64,000 bases of DNA, taken from positions 31,921-95,920 of IMG/VR virus record IMGVR_UViG_3300032247_000581; one strand, given 5' to 3'. The number at the start of each line of letters is the position of its first letter. Position 1 is the stretch's first letter. Under the pieces are notes generated by a model. That model did not search any database. It saw only the letters and a list, made by a program, of their open reading frames with translations, and was not told the origin of the DNA. Below, in pieces: positions 47,082 to 57,707 of the stretch. The stretch comes from a virus. Lineage: Duplodnaviria > Caudoviricetes. The translations under genes were made by a program, and so were the position numbers.

Positions 47082-47420
47082 ATGTCATATATGAAGCAGT
47101 ACCTAGAGGAGCAAGCTATTGAGGTGAGTACAGAGTACCCACACCATGACACCGCTTTCTTTATCTACCTCGACAATATGGGGATTACTTTTGATGAAAA
47201 CTGGCGCGATAACATCTCCGACTTTCAAGAAGCATATATCGGTCAGTACGACTCAGACCGCGATTTCTTCAATGAAATGGCTGAGAACTCTAGCCTCTTT
47301 GATGAGGTTAGTCTTGACTCTCCTCTTCGTATCTATTTTGACATAGATTATTGGGGGCGAGATTTATTCATAGGTGGCGAATTTTGGCGCACCGACGGTT
47401 ACTACTTTAGGAGTTACTAA
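47082..47420 (+). CDS. ardA: ArdA-like antirestriction protein (short form)
   Basis: Acidic; FQEAYIGQYDS..DF and YFDIDYWGRDLF.G....DGYYFR resemble the ArdA C-terminal region. Confidence 0.75.
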   Translation: MSYMKQYLEEQAIEVSTEYPHHDTAFFIYLDNMGITFDENWRDNISDFQEAYIGQYDSDRDFFNEMAENSSLFDEVSLDSPLRIYFDIDYWGRDLFIGGEFWRTDGYYFRSY

Positions 47421-47421
47421 G

Positions 47422-47586
47422 ATGAATACAGGCAAAGGCAGGTTATATCTAGTATCAGAGCTAATTGAGGATATCTATGAGGATAACTTGAACCACTTTG
47501 AGTTTCACGAAAATATGGGTGGCGAAGATTGTGATTGCCATATCCATACCACTATTAAAACTATCGTAGAGTATTGGGAGAAATGA
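47422..47586 (+). CDS. Small acidic early protein
   Basis: AGGAG RBS; CDCHIH motif. Confidence 0.55.
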   Translation: MNTGKGRLYLVSELIEDIYEDNLNHFEFHENMGGEDCDCHIHTTIKTIVEYWEK

Positions 47587-47587
47587 A

Positions 47588-47908
47588 ATGAGTACAAAAG
47601 AAGAGTATCAAGCAAGGGCTAAGGTTTATTATGACCGCTATTACGGACAGTTAGAAGGCGTGACTATCCTTAAATATCTAGGTATGGAAGAGGAAGAGTG
47701 GGGAAATGGGTTCCCTAAGTTCCTCGTTGCTTATCCTGATACAGATACGGTAAAGGGCGCGGAATATGAAGTTACCGTGTCAAAAGATGAAGAGGGCAAC
47801 GGGGGCGGATTCTTATTTTTGCCTTTTGAGCCTAGTATGGACAGTTACGATAAAGAGCATAAATTAAATAGCTATTCAGTAGACGGACATCTAGTAGGGA
47901 GACACTAA
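47588..47908 (+). CDS. Early hypothetical protein (SKDEEGNGGGFL)
   Basis: 106-aa ORF. Confidence 0.6.
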   Translation: MSTKEEYQARAKVYYDRYYGQLEGVTILKYLGMEEEEWGNGFPKFLVAYPDTDTVKGAEYEVTVSKDEEGNGGGFLFLPFEPSMDSYDKEHKLNSYSVDGHLVGRH

Positions 47909-48327
47909 TGGGATACACACACTACTTTCAGCTACATACTCAGCCTAGTGAAAAGGGTTGGGCTAACTTTATTAAAGGAGTTAGACAGTTACTAGAACAG
48001 GCTTGGGATATAGCTATTGAAGGCGAAATTAACAATGAGGTTGTAGTCCTCAATGGCATAGGAGAAGAGAGCCATGAGACTTTCTTCTTTAGTAAGGTTA
48101 GTAATGAGTGGGAGTTCTGCAAAACTGCCCGCAAGCCTTATGACAAGGTAGTTACATCTGTACTTATCTTAGCTAAGTATCTATTCCCTAATATGTATCT
48201 TAGGTCAGACGGTGATTGGGAAGAGTGGATTGAAGGGCGCGAATTATTTAAGGAAGTTTTTTACCTAGAACCTGCCGAAAACACGGTCTTTGATAGCGTA
48301 GAAGCTAATCATGGAAGTTGCGCATAA
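47908..48327 (+). CDS. Conserved phage early protein (MGYTHY...HETF...FCKTARKPYD...SDG)
   Basis: Motif set recurrent in phage early regions. Confidence 0.65.
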   Translation: MGYTHYFQLHTQPSEKGWANFIKGVRQLLEQAWDIAIEGEINNEVVVLNGIGEESHETFFFSKVSNEWEFCKTARKPYDKVVTSVLILAKYLFPNMYLRSDGDWEEWIEGRELFKEVFYLEPAENTVFDSVEANHGSCA

Positions 48328-48460
48328 TGAACACGGTGGAACTATCGGAGCAAATACAGAACGATTTAATGGCATACCTCGACGGTATGTCTGAGGAACT
48401 AATAGATGAAGTTTGCCTAATAGTGGCAAAAAATTGCGTGAGATATGAGGGGGAAAAGTA

Positions 48461-48943
48461 ATGCATACATTACATTGGATTGCAGTAGAGGCAGATAACG
48501 CAGAAGAAGCGTTTGATAAAATCAATGACACATTGTTATATACCGAAGGTGACAGGTGGTGGGATTGGTTTGATGATGAGTTAGGCGGGCGTTGGGCAGT
48601 TTATGATTGGTGCAAAGCCTATCAAGGCAAAGAAATTGCTATTGGTTTAGAGAAGGTAAAAGCTAATCGTAAAGCCGAAGTTGAGCAAGCCTTATCACAT
48701 ATAAACCTATCTGAGTTTGAGTATCAACTTAACGGGTATGAAGGCGAAGACATTGTTACTAACGATTACTCCATGAATTTGTGGCGTATCAAAAAGGTTG
48801 CTGAGTTGTTATCGGGAAACTGGAACTGTGACTCATACTTCTATGACATGGAGTATGGCGACGGAGCTATGGGTGAATTACTAAAGCGCATAGAGTCCGA
48901 CCCTGATAAACAATTTCTTGTACCTATTGACTTTCACTTTTAA
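48461..48943 (+). CDS. Acidic early protein (WWDWF...GGRW...VPIDFH)
   Basis: 160 aa with GAGGGGG RBS. Confidence 0.65.
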   Translation: MHTLHWIAVEADNAEEAFDKINDTLLYTEGDRWWDWFDDELGGRWAVYDWCKAYQGKEIAIGLEKVKANRKAEVEQALSHINLSEFEYQLNGYEGEDIVTNDYSMNLWRIKKVAELLSGNWNCDSYFYDMEYGDGAMGELLKRIESDPDKQFLVPIDFHF

Positions 48944-48955
48944 GGGGGAAATGAA

Positions 48956-50734
48956 ATGCCTAGATGTATAGATTGTGATAACGATAAAGAGTTTATTCTT
49001 GCCTATGTTGAGTTTGAGGTAGTTACCTATAAAGGCGACAAAATCATTGACCAATACGCAGGAGATAGAGAACGCTTTGATGAGGGTTATGCGCCTGAGT
49101 GTAACAAGTGTAATAGTCTTAACATAGAGGGGGATATTTAATGATTAACGACCCTTGCCTAGATTGTGGCACACCAACGCTGGGTGTTATGACTATGCCT
49201 GACGGTTCAACTGTGGGCATAGGTATTAACAGACTTAGCTTTGATGATGGCTGGCGTTGTGGAGAGTGTGCTGGCTATGAGTGTGATGCGTGTGAAAAGA
49301 ATATCTACTTAGATGAAAATATAACTATTGACATGGGTGAGAACGGGAACAACCGCTATCACTATGAGTGTTTAACACCTGAACTAAAACTATTAGCTAT
49401 CGAACAGGGAGAAGTTGATGAGTAAGCAATACCACTATGTAGTGCTCTTTGATGAAAAGTCAAAGACATGGGAGATTGATTTTGAGGTTTCGATTAACTA
49501 TGACGAGGGAAATGTTTGGGATACACAGACCCAAGAGTGGAGCTACATAGACAGTAGCGAAGCAGAAGACATCATCATTCAAGACCTTAATACTAAGTTA
49601 GGAAAAGACAATGAGTGAATACATAGCAGTAAAAGGTTTAGGTGACACTATCACTTGTGATGAGTGCAACGACATAGCTGAAGATTGGTTCACGGGTGAC
49701 TCTCGCGCTATATGCCAAACTTGTTATAGTCAAATGCCTATAAGCATGAGTGAGTTAGCAGACCTTACGCACGCTACACAGGTTGAACGCTTTGGTTGGT
49801 GCAGTTGCGAAGACCTAGAGCCACACGAATACCCATACGCGGATTGTATTAAGGAGAATATGTAATGGCACAAGGATATAAAGGCGCAATTTCACTACAT
49901 GAACTCTGTAACTATCTCTATGTAGGCTTTGGTCAATGGGCTGTGTATAACTTAGTAGCAGACAGACAGAGAGAGGGTTATCTATCTGATGTTGAGTGGA
50001 GAGATTGCTTAGGGTGCGAAGACCGCACTCCTCATGATGAAGGCTCATGTTTAGTATGCGGAGGAAACTAATGACCAAACTTCCTGAGCGTATTAACGCT
50101 ATGAAATGTATTAGCTATGATGTTGAATCTATTGTAGACGCTATGATGACTATGGAATACAGAGAGTCAGAGCAAGAGATAACACTAGAAGATGTATTGG
50201 AGTGGATTGGTGATGATGTAGAATCCGATATTAACTTCTCTAATGTTATCTACCAAGATGAAAACGGTGGAGAGTTATGAAGGGGAGTAATAATGATTAG
50301 AGAACATAATGAACACGAAGGCTGGGTATGTGAGAGTTGTGGCTCAAACTGGGTTAGGTATGAACACTTAGATTACAAAGACTGTGATGAGCTTAATTGT
50401 GAAGACCCATGCATAGACCGTTGCTGTAACGAAGAAGAGTGCGCGGGCGTTGCTATATACAAAGGAGAAGAGGAAGAATTAAATGCCAACACAAACCGCG
50501 CCGATTGGCGCAACAGTTAATATTCGCTGGAAGGATATGCCCGAAGAGTTAATCTTTGAGGAGTATGTCTCTTTTGGGAATTATGATGAAAATGAAGAAA
50601 AAGATAATCACGGAATACATGATTTTTATGTATTTGCTTATGTAAATAGCTTGGAGGAACTAGAGACCATGCGCTCTAGTAATCCTAATTTTGACTGGTT
50701 ACTATCAGAAATTGTAGAGGTGCACTATGCGTAA
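48956..50734 (+). other. Run of eight coupled small acidic and/or CxxC early ORFs (48956-49141, 49141-49425, 49418-49618, 49611-49865, 49865-50071, 50071-50280, 50293-50520, 50483-50734)
   Basis: Start/stop overlaps with purine-rich RBSs; no recognisable families. Confidence 0.6.
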
Positions 50735-51620
50735 GTTACTACTAGTATTACTATTGACCGTTGGATTTATATCGCCCGCTCATGCTGGCTCAGAGCCTAC
50801 CGCCGTACTCATAGATAGTGGTGTTAATACCGCTCTCTATCCTAATAACATAGCCTATGAGGTATGTATTATTGAGAATACAACCTGTGCAAATGGCAAA
50901 AATTTTATGGAAGGTACTGGGGCTGCTCAGCAAGCTAACTCTAAGAATATGGAAGTTAATCATGGAGAGCAGATGCTATCCATCATGGTTAAAGTTAATC
51001 CTAGTATTAAGGTAATCCCTATTAAAATTGTGGGCGTTACCTCTTTGGGTAATCCATACCTTTATACACTAGCCTCAGTAAAGAGTGCTTTAGATTGGAC
51101 AGTAGCCAACAGAGTTAAGTTTAATATATCGGTAGTCAATATCTCTCAGGGCGCGATTTTTGCAGGGTGTAATGTACCTGCTGGATTAGCCGAAGATATC
51201 ACCGCATTGAAAGCTAACAATGTTCAAGTCATTGTTGCCACAGGTAACAACAGTAATCGTACGACTATGATGTCTCCTGCGTGTGTATCTGACGCTATCT
51301 CAGTTGGTGCAACGGACAACCCGTGGGCTGGTTCCCAACCTATTGCTTGGGACTCAACCGCTAAGCCTTACATAGCCCGATACAGTAACGGCAATACTCA
51401 GACTACTTTATACTCCAATGCTCGTTGGTTCGTAACCAACCTTGACGGCAGTACTAAGTTTATGGTTGGCACATCTAATGCCTCTGCTGCTGTGACAAGT
51501 TGGGTATTACTACATAAGGGAGTAGACTACGCTTCTACTTATCAAAACTTAATAGCAAGTGCAAGTGGTACGGCAAGTAACGAGTGGCTATCAGGTCGCT
51601 ATCTATTGATTAATCCATAA
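50727..51620 (+). CDS. Secreted subtilisin-like (S8) serine protease
   Basis: Signal peptide (AHA); IDSG (Asp), NHGE (His), ATGN (oxyanion), GTSNA (Ser). Confidence 0.85.
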   Translation: MRKLLLVLLLTVGFISPAHAGSEPTAVLIDSGVNTALYPNNIAYEVCIIENTTCANGKNFMEGTGAAQQANSKNMEVNHGEQMLSIMVKVNPSIKVIPIKIVGVTSLGNPYLYTLASVKSALDWTVANRVKFNISVVNISQGAIFAGCNVPAGLAEDITALKANNVQVIVATGNNSNRTTMMSPACVSDAISVGATDNPWAGSQPIAWDSTAKPYIARYSNGNTQTTLYSNARWFVTNLDGSTKFMVGTSNASAAVTSWVLLHKGVDYASTYQNLIASASGTASNEWLSGRYLLINP

Positions 51621-51629
51621 GGAGAAGTA

Positions 51630-51917
51630 ATGGCTAAAAAAGTTAATGCGTTACTTACAGGAACGCTAATTAAAAACAATGTTAAAGGTGGGGCGTGGTT
51701 AGCTTCATACTCAATTAATTACGAAGGCGTAGAGAGTCCTATCTCAGGTTCACATCACGCTTTCTCTAATGCAAGTGCTGGCAAGCGTTGGCTAAAAGAG
51801 ATGACGATTGCTAACACACCAAAGAAGTCTATTAAAATGGTTGCTGGTACAGCACTTGATGAAAAGGGTAAGCCTCTTGGATATCAAGGCGAAGTAAAGT
51901 TTAAGATAGAAGCATGA
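51630..51917 (+). CDS. Small basic hypothetical protein
   Basis: AAGGAG RBS. Confidence 0.6.
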   Translation: MAKKVNALLTGTLIKNNVKGGAWLASYSINYEGVESPISGSHHAFSNASAGKRWLKEMTIANTPKKSIKMVAGTALDEKGKPLGYQGEVKFKIEA

Positions 51918-52020
51918 GCTTTATAGACCCAATCGTTCCAACACCTGACTGGGGTAATCCTAGTCCTAATGTAGACCCTGATGAGTGGAACGACGAAGAC
52001 GAAGACTAGAACTAATAGTG

Positions 52021-52069
52021 AGCCCCAGCGATTAAAGCAAACAGAGAGTTGCTATCGCTGGGGCTTTTT
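52021..52069. terminator. Terminator between convergent regions
   Basis: agccccagcgat...atcgctggggcttttt. Confidence 0.7.
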
Positions 52070-52070
52070 A

Positions 52071-54110
52071 CTATTGATTGTCTTTTATTAGTTTTACCTC
52101 ACACGCATCTGTGGTGCAATAATTTTCGCCGATTGCGTCCATAGCCATACCAGCGTAGACACCAGCAAAATCAATAGGGAACAAAGACATACGAGCTTGC
52201 TCATATTCTTCTTCACTAATCTGAGTATATGGCATCTGTGGGTACACATGATTGCCCGAAGGTAAGAACGATACTGTCTTTAACTTACCGTCGTACATAT
52301 GGAGAGCGTGCTTAACATGGTTCTTCTCTGTCTCAGGGTCAAAAGAGACTGTTACTGATACAGAGTTATCTGACCACTCATACTGAGCAGTTGCAGCTAA
52401 ATCAATCTTTTCATAGATAGAGACTTCTTTTTCAGAACGAACTGCATCAGACTTAACAGGGAAGAACACTACTGAGGTATTTACAGGGTCTTCACTTGCT
52501 GGTTCAATACGATACTGCGCCATCTGAAAGAGGGGAAGCATCGGGTCAGTATTACGAAAACGAATTGCACGAAGAAAATATTTACCACCAACAGGCCAGT
52601 GAACTCCTGGGCTCTCTCCAGCTAAGATAGATACTGTGCCTGATGGCTTAACAGTAGTCATCTTAATAGACTCACGGATACCAAGCCACTCTGAGTATCC
52701 TTTGTCGTAATCTTTAACTACGTTGTAACCTTCATCGAGCCACTTGCGAAGAACAGGCAAGCCCTTGTTATCTGCAAAGTTAGCCACGCCTGATACTGAT
52801 GTACCGATACGGCGATTACGCTGCATGATTGCATTAGTTTCTTCCCAGTGGGTAGGCAAGAGAGTAACAGTCTTAGCATAGAGATAAGCAAACTTGAGAG
52901 TGCGCTTAAAATCTTCAATGCTGTCATGTCTATTAAGATAAGTTTCAACGAGAGTACAGCACTCAAAGCTTTCTAGTGACTGCTCAGCACATGGGTTGTA
53001 TCCCATAGCACGCCAGTCTTTGTTATTGATAGGGTCTTTAAGGCGTCCATATTTACGAGTGACATCCATCCAAATAACTCCTGGCTCACCATTGAGAGCG
53101 ATACCTTCAACAATTTTATCTAGGCTTTGGCCTACCGAGACTTCAACAGAGTTGTTAGACATCCAACCCCAACCTGAGTTCTTACCTGTTGGGTCGTAGA
53201 GATTGCGCTCTGGGAACTTCTCAGGGTTTTTAAGATTAAGGAAAGTCTCATCATCTATACGACCCATTAAGAGTTCAGCTGAACGTCGAACGTTACCGCT
53301 GACAACACAAACTCCAATCATGTTGCCAATATCTGCAATATCAGTACGACTTAGCTTTTCTCCTGCACGAGCCTTAAACATATTAGTAATAAGGTCATGG
53401 AGTCTTAGGAGCGGTTCATGTCCTGCTGCTGTTCCACCAAAGGTTTTGATTGGCGTGCCTGCTGGACGGATTTCTTTGTAGTCAAATAATGGAGCCTTCG
53501 TATCTGGCTTGAGGTAGGAATTGATGAGGGCAGCGGTTGATTCAACCCAACCTTCTCTGGTGTCGGGGATGACATAGGTTTCTCCTTTTAATGGTTCATA
53601 GATAATAAAATCTTTATCAGCGCCTTTATCGTCAAATCCCACTCCCACACCTAACATTGAAGCTTCCATTAAAAATGCAAATGGTTTAGCTGGGTCAATC
53701 TTGGTCATAGATAGGGTGGATACAAAAGCGCAATTTTGTAAGGCAGCAGAGTTGCGTTGCTCATTGACAATGGGTGTGCCCATTACCCATAGTCCTCTTC
53801 CAGGTGGTGTCCACTTGAGGTTCCACAAACGCTCAAAAGCTTCTTTGGCAGATGAGGCAGCTTTGGCATCAGACCATGGAAGACGGTTCATCTTTGCGTG
53901 GTCTTTTTGCAACGAGTACATACCATTAATGACTCGCTCGCAGACATCAGTCCACGTCTCTTTGGTTCCATCCTCTTTAAGTCTGGAATAAGTTCGAAGG
54001 AAAGTAATCTCCCCTACTGAGTTGCCTGCCGCATCTTGATAACCCCAAGGTACTTTCTTATCTCTGTATCCTGCGAGGAAATCTTCTGTTAAGCGGAATG
54101 ACAAACCCAT
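52071..54110 (-). CDS. nrdJ: Class II (adenosylcobalamin-dependent) ribonucleotide reductase, RTPR-type
   Basis: RTYSR, PPGRGLW, NCAF, GNVRRSA, NPCAEQ, TTVKPSGT and C-terminal CTTDAC. Confidence 0.92.
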   Translation of the reverse strand: MGLSFRLTEDFLAGYRDKKVPWGYQDAAGNSVGEITFLRTYSRLKEDGTKETWTDVCERVINGMYSLQKDHAKMNRLPWSDAKAASSAKEAFERLWNLKWTPPGRGLWVMGTPIVNEQRNSAALQNCAFVSTLSMTKIDPAKPFAFLMEASMLGVGVGFDDKGADKDFIIYEPLKGETYVIPDTREGWVESTAALINSYLKPDTKAPLFDYKEIRPAGTPIKTFGGTAAGHEPLLRLHDLITNMFKARAGEKLSRTDIADIGNMIGVCVVSGNVRRSAELLMGRIDDETFLNLKNPEKFPERNLYDPTGKNSGWGWMSNNSVEVSVGQSLDKIVEGIALNGEPGVIWMDVTRKYGRLKDPINNKDWRAMGYNPCAEQSLESFECCTLVETYLNRHDSIEDFKRTLKFAYLYAKTVTLLPTHWEETNAIMQRNRRIGTSVSGVANFADNKGLPVLRKWLDEGYNVVKDYDKGYSEWLGIRESIKMTTVKPSGTVSILAGESPGVHWPVGGKYFLRAIRFRNTDPMLPLFQMAQYRIEPASEDPVNTSVVFFPVKSDAVRSEKEVSIYEKIDLAATAQYEWSDNSVSVTVSFDPETEKNHVKHALHMYDGKLKTVSFLPSGNHVYPQMPYTQISEEEYEQARMSLFPIDFAGVYAGMAMDAIGENYCTTDACEVKLIKDNQ

Positions 54111-54263
54111 ATTTTCCTTCTCTCTATGCAGATGTAAATCCCCTTGAGTAGCTGGGGGATGTATAGTTTAGCGATGCGTTACAGTAGTGCACATGGCGAG
54201 TATATGCCAGTTCAGCAACATACCCTGTTTCATCTAGTTAATCACAGAGTTATGCGATAACAG

Positions 54264-55739
54264 CTATTTATCTTCTTCTGTTAAATCTTTAATAATTCTA
54301 GTAGTTTCAACCTCTGTTAAACCACCGTTAGGAAGCTCTTTTAATGCTTGAGCACGGTCTCCAAAGATGTTAGAAAGTACACCAGCAGAAGCGCCTTTTC
54401 CTTCTACAGTCATCTTAATAAAGGAAGATGAATCGTCCAATTCTTTAACAGTTTTAATTAATTTAAACAAGCGGTCAATCTCTTGTGAGACGTTAGGGTC
54501 TGCGTATCCACCGTTCATTTCTTCGGTAAAACGCATGAAAGCAACCCTTTGTCCTTGCATTTCTACTATTGCATTAATCAAACTCTTTAGTTGGTCTTTA
54601 GTCTTTACTTCAATAGGAAGGTTGAAAGCGCAACTATTTTGAGGCTTAAATGCAGGGCAATTAGCAGCAACAAAACAGGTGTCACACTGACGTAAAGTAG
54701 ATGCTTGTGACCTAATAACAGGTACATCTTTAATGACATCTTTACCATCTTCATCTGTCTCAACAATGGTCTTAAAATCATATCCAAAGACAGGTAAATT
54801 CATAATTTCTTCAGGATTTCGGGGCTCAACTTTCCGCATTCCTACCCCCTTGTTATCGTTATGTGCAGGTAGTGATTCCCCACTTTCCTCCACTTCACTC
54901 CCCTCGCTATTATCGTATAAGAAGCTATCATTACCGCTCACGTTCATCCTCATTTCAAACTGTTCATAAGACCAAACTGCCAAACGGCAAACTTCTTGGG
55001 GGTCATCTTCCATTATCAGGTCGTAGTTTAACCCAGCCTTTTCATAGATATTTCTATAACGAGGACGGGATTGTTCTTTCATCTTCTTGTTGTATCTAAC
55101 GAGCTTAGTACCGTCCCAGACAATAGTCTCACCGTGCAACATAGGAGCAAGCCAGGAAAGTGTGCTGGCAGACTCAACATTGACTTGACGAAGGTTGTAA
55201 GGCTTAGCTGTGTTGATAGCATGGAAACGTGTGCCACGGGCGCTCAAACCCCGTGTAAGGGCAGCAAGCTGGCTCTCATGCTCAATGTCATCTCCCATGA
55301 GGCCAATGTCTAAGTAGTGCTCAGCCATCTGTTTAAGGTTGTTTATACCCATCTGCGATTGCCATACAGGTTGGAACTTGGATGGGGGTACATCTGCCCA
55401 ACAAGTTTTGCGCTGCTCTTCTATGAACTCTGTACTGAGCTTAGGATGGACTAGTTCATTGAAAGTAATTAACCGCTCTATATTGTGGGCAATAAAATCC
55501 TCATAAAGGGCGGCAAATTCCTCTAATTCCTCTGTGCTTAGGTTTTCTGTCTTTGGTATTCCAGCATGGGCATAGACATAGACATTATCTGAAAAGTAAT
55601 TGTCAATGAGATAGCTTTTGGTTTTAGGTAGGCCTCGTTTTACTAGGCGCCAAAAACTTACACCAACATGGTTGGCTGTGGTGGTTTCAAGGAGGGTGCG
55701 GTTGCTAGGAACTTCGGCGCCCAAATAGATAATTTTCAA
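54264..55739 (-). CDS. TGT/DpdA-like barrel (degenerate) fused to a Cys-rich helical C-terminal domain
   Basis: RFHA...SASTLSW....HG resembles the recalled HGFG...SxDSxSW...G motif; CDTC.....CP.......C. Confidence 0.45.
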   Translation of the reverse strand: MKIIYLGAEVPSNRTLLETTTANHVGVSFWRLVKRGLPKTKSYLIDNYFSDNVYVYAHAGIPKTENLSTEELEEFAALYEDFIAHNIERLITFNELVHPKLSTEFIEEQRKTCWADVPPSKFQPVWQSQMGINNLKQMAEHYLDIGLMGDDIEHESQLAALTRGLSARGTRFHAINTAKPYNLRQVNVESASTLSWLAPMLHGETIVWDGTKLVRYNKKMKEQSRPRYRNIYEKAGLNYDLIMEDDPQEVCRLAVWSYEQFEMRMNVSGNDSFLYDNSEGSEVEESGESLPAHNDNKGVGMRKVEPRNPEEIMNLPVFGYDFKTIVETDEDGKDVIKDVPVIRSQASTLRQCDTCFVAANCPAFKPQNSCAFNLPIEVKTKDQLKSLINAIVEMQGQRVAFMRFTEEMNGGYADPNVSQEIDRLFKLIKTVKELDDSSSFIKMTVEGKGASAGVLSNIFGDRAQALKELPNGGLTEVETTRIIKDLTEEDK

Positions 55740-56191
55740 ACTCTTGGGTCTTCCCTAATCATTTCAAGCTGTTTGTCTATCTCTGCTTCAATAGATTTCC
55801 AACTCTTTACCCCTTGACGACCATCTGGTCTAAACTCTGGACGAAGATAGCTTGGGTGCAAAAATAATAGGGTGTCTAAACCAATCTCCAATAGCTTCTT
55901 GGCTAGGTCAACATCTGCTGTAACAATGACCTCTACTTTGCCCTGAGAACGGCAATACTTAACTTGCTCAAACTCTGGGTCGTTTAAAACACCTGGAACG
56001 CTGTAATCAATTAAATCATCCATCTTATTTATTTTATGCTCTAGTAACCAACGATTAGTTTTAGCGTAATCATCGCATAGAAGTACAACTCGTACATCTT
56101 CATTAAACATGCGGTATAAAGCAAGCCCTTGATAAATAGGGCTTCCTGTTTCGGAGCGTAAAACTCCGTCAACGAACATAATAATAGACAA
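55736..56191 (-). CDS. HAD-fold protein lacking the first catalytic Asp
   Basis: IIMFVDGVLR in place of DxDGVL. Confidence 0.55.
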   Translation of the reverse strand: MSIIMFVDGVLRSETGSPIYQGLALYRMFNEDVRVVLLCDDYAKTNRWLLEHKINKMDDLIDYSVPGVLNDPEFEQVKYCRSQGKVEVIVTADVDLAKKLLEIGLDTLLFLHPSYLRPEFRPDGRQGVKSWKSIEAEIDKQLEMIREDPRV

Positions 56192-56214
56192 ACTGTGCTC
56201 CGATTAAATAGTGA

Positions 56215-57147
56215 TTAGCGCTTGTACAGTGCTGCTCTACGTACTAATACACTAGCAGTTGGAAGTTCCATACCATATGTTTGGGACTCAAACTCTTGAC
56301 GTGTCTTAGTAGATAAATCTTTCAACTGCTTCAGTGCTTGAACTACCCCTGTTTTCTTTCCTGCTTGCCAACGGTAGTTAGCATAGTCTGCATACCCCTG
56401 ACCGCTAGGGCTAAACGCAGAACCACGTCCTTGATGTATATCCTCAAATAATGCTGCGCCCTGTTGGACTGCTAGCTTTAATGCAGCTTCAGAGTTAATG
56501 CGGGCGGTATCTGTAGTGGCTGTTCCAATGTTAGCAAGCGCAGAGGCATATCGCTCTAAAATCTCTACAGCCATACTTTCATCTCTTGCTATTTTGCGCT
56601 CCCAATCCTGTTGAGGATTAAGACTTGGCTCTGATGGTTCTACAGTCCAATCATCATCTGTTAATGAGTAAGCTGCATAGGGTTTGATAGTGCGAATATC
56701 TGTAGCAACATTGACATAAAAAGTTAATTCAAATGAATCTAAATAGTTCTCTGTAAGTGGATAAAGTTCGGTGCGAAAATCCTCATTAAACATTGAGGCA
56801 ATCTCTTGGTCACTGAGCCCCGCAAAATTTGTGTTGGATTTGCGGAAGGCCACGTAGTCGATACCTACAAGGCAATCTAAATCTGCTGGTGTGCGGTTTG
56901 CTGCCCACTGATAGGACACCCCACTACCTGCTAACCACGCATGAATATAAGCTTCAGGGTTATAATAATGGCGATGCAAATGGTCAAACAAGGCGCTAAG
57001 GATTCCACTACGGACGCTACCAATTAAACGGCTGTCTCTAAATAAACGGGGGTCTAACCCTGCGGAAGGGGCGCTAAAGTAGGATGTTTCTGATGGTTCT
57101 AAGGACACGGGTGTTGCATGTTTAGCTAACGCCACGTTAAAGTCCAT
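56215..57147 (-). CDS. Pol-beta-fold nucleotidyltransferase
   Basis: LAGSGVSYQW......DLDCLV and distal ELTFYV. Confidence 0.7.
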   Translation of the reverse strand: MDFNVALAKHATPVSLEPSETSYFSAPSAGLDPRLFRDSRLIGSVRSGILSALFDHLHRHYYNPEAYIHAWLAGSGVSYQWAANRTPADLDCLVGIDYVAFRKSNTNFAGLSDQEIASMFNEDFRTELYPLTENYLDSFELTFYVNVATDIRTIKPYAAYSLTDDDWTVEPSEPSLNPQQDWERKIARDESMAVEILERYASALANIGTATTDTARINSEAALKLAVQQGAALFEDIHQGRGSAFSPSGQGYADYANYRWQAGKKTGVVQALKQLKDLSTKTRQEFESQTYGMELPTASVLVRRAALYKR

Positions 57148-57162
57148 TAGGACAGTATAGCT

Positions 57163-57429
57163 CTAGTCTTCGTCTTCTTCGTCTTCTAATAGTTCCAAAT
57201 CAGGAACCATTGTGTAAAACCAACTTGGATGCGCTAAATCATCAATAGCTAAAGCCATTGAAATATCTACTGGAAATCCTGCTTTACGAAATGATTTATA
57301 CAACTCGTGAATTTGAATTGCGTGCACATCGAGCGGAGTTAGCTCATCTGACTGTGACTTGGGAAGTTTTTTAGGCGCAACTTTTTTCTGCACTGGTTTT
57401 TTCTTAGGAACTGCCATAATCATCCCCAC
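57163..57429 (-). CDS. Small protein with basic N-terminus and acidic tail
   Basis: LDVHAIQIHELYKSFRKAGF. Confidence 0.6.
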   Translation of the reverse strand: MGMIMAVPKKKPVQKKVAPKKLPKSQSDELTPLDVHAIQIHELYKSFRKAGFPVDISMALAIDDLAHPSWFYTMVPDLELLEDEEDED

Positions 57430-57443
57430 CTAGTCTCGTGTAG

Positions 57444-57707
57444 TTACAGTATACCCTTCTCGGATAGTACTTGACGCATTGAACTAGCTGTCCTTTCAGA
57501 CTCTGACTGAGCGGTGGCAGCTAGTTTGGTCAGGATAAGATTAGCAAGGTCATTGTCTTTTAGTAAAGTCAAGATGTCGTTACAACCGTGTTTAATGTCT
57601 GAATTATCGGCCTGTCGCTTTACTTCCAGCTCTGTAGTAAGGCTAGTAGAGGCAAAAAACGAACCATCTGTTCTTAATCCTATAATAAAGGCTGTTTCTA
57701 CCTGCAT
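57444..57707 (-). CDS. Hypothetical protein
   Basis: Coupled ORF. Confidence 0.55.
   Translation of the reverse strand: MQVETAFIIGLRTDGSFFASTSLTTELEVKRQADNSDIKHGCNDILTLLKDNDLANLILTKLAATAQSESERTASSMRQVLSEKGIL

Noticed and set aside
54111-54263. Cobalamin riboswitch or NrdR boxes upstream of nrdJ
   Set aside because: Only a short ATCCCC/GGGGAT hairpin is visible, with no B12 box or convincing NrdR pair
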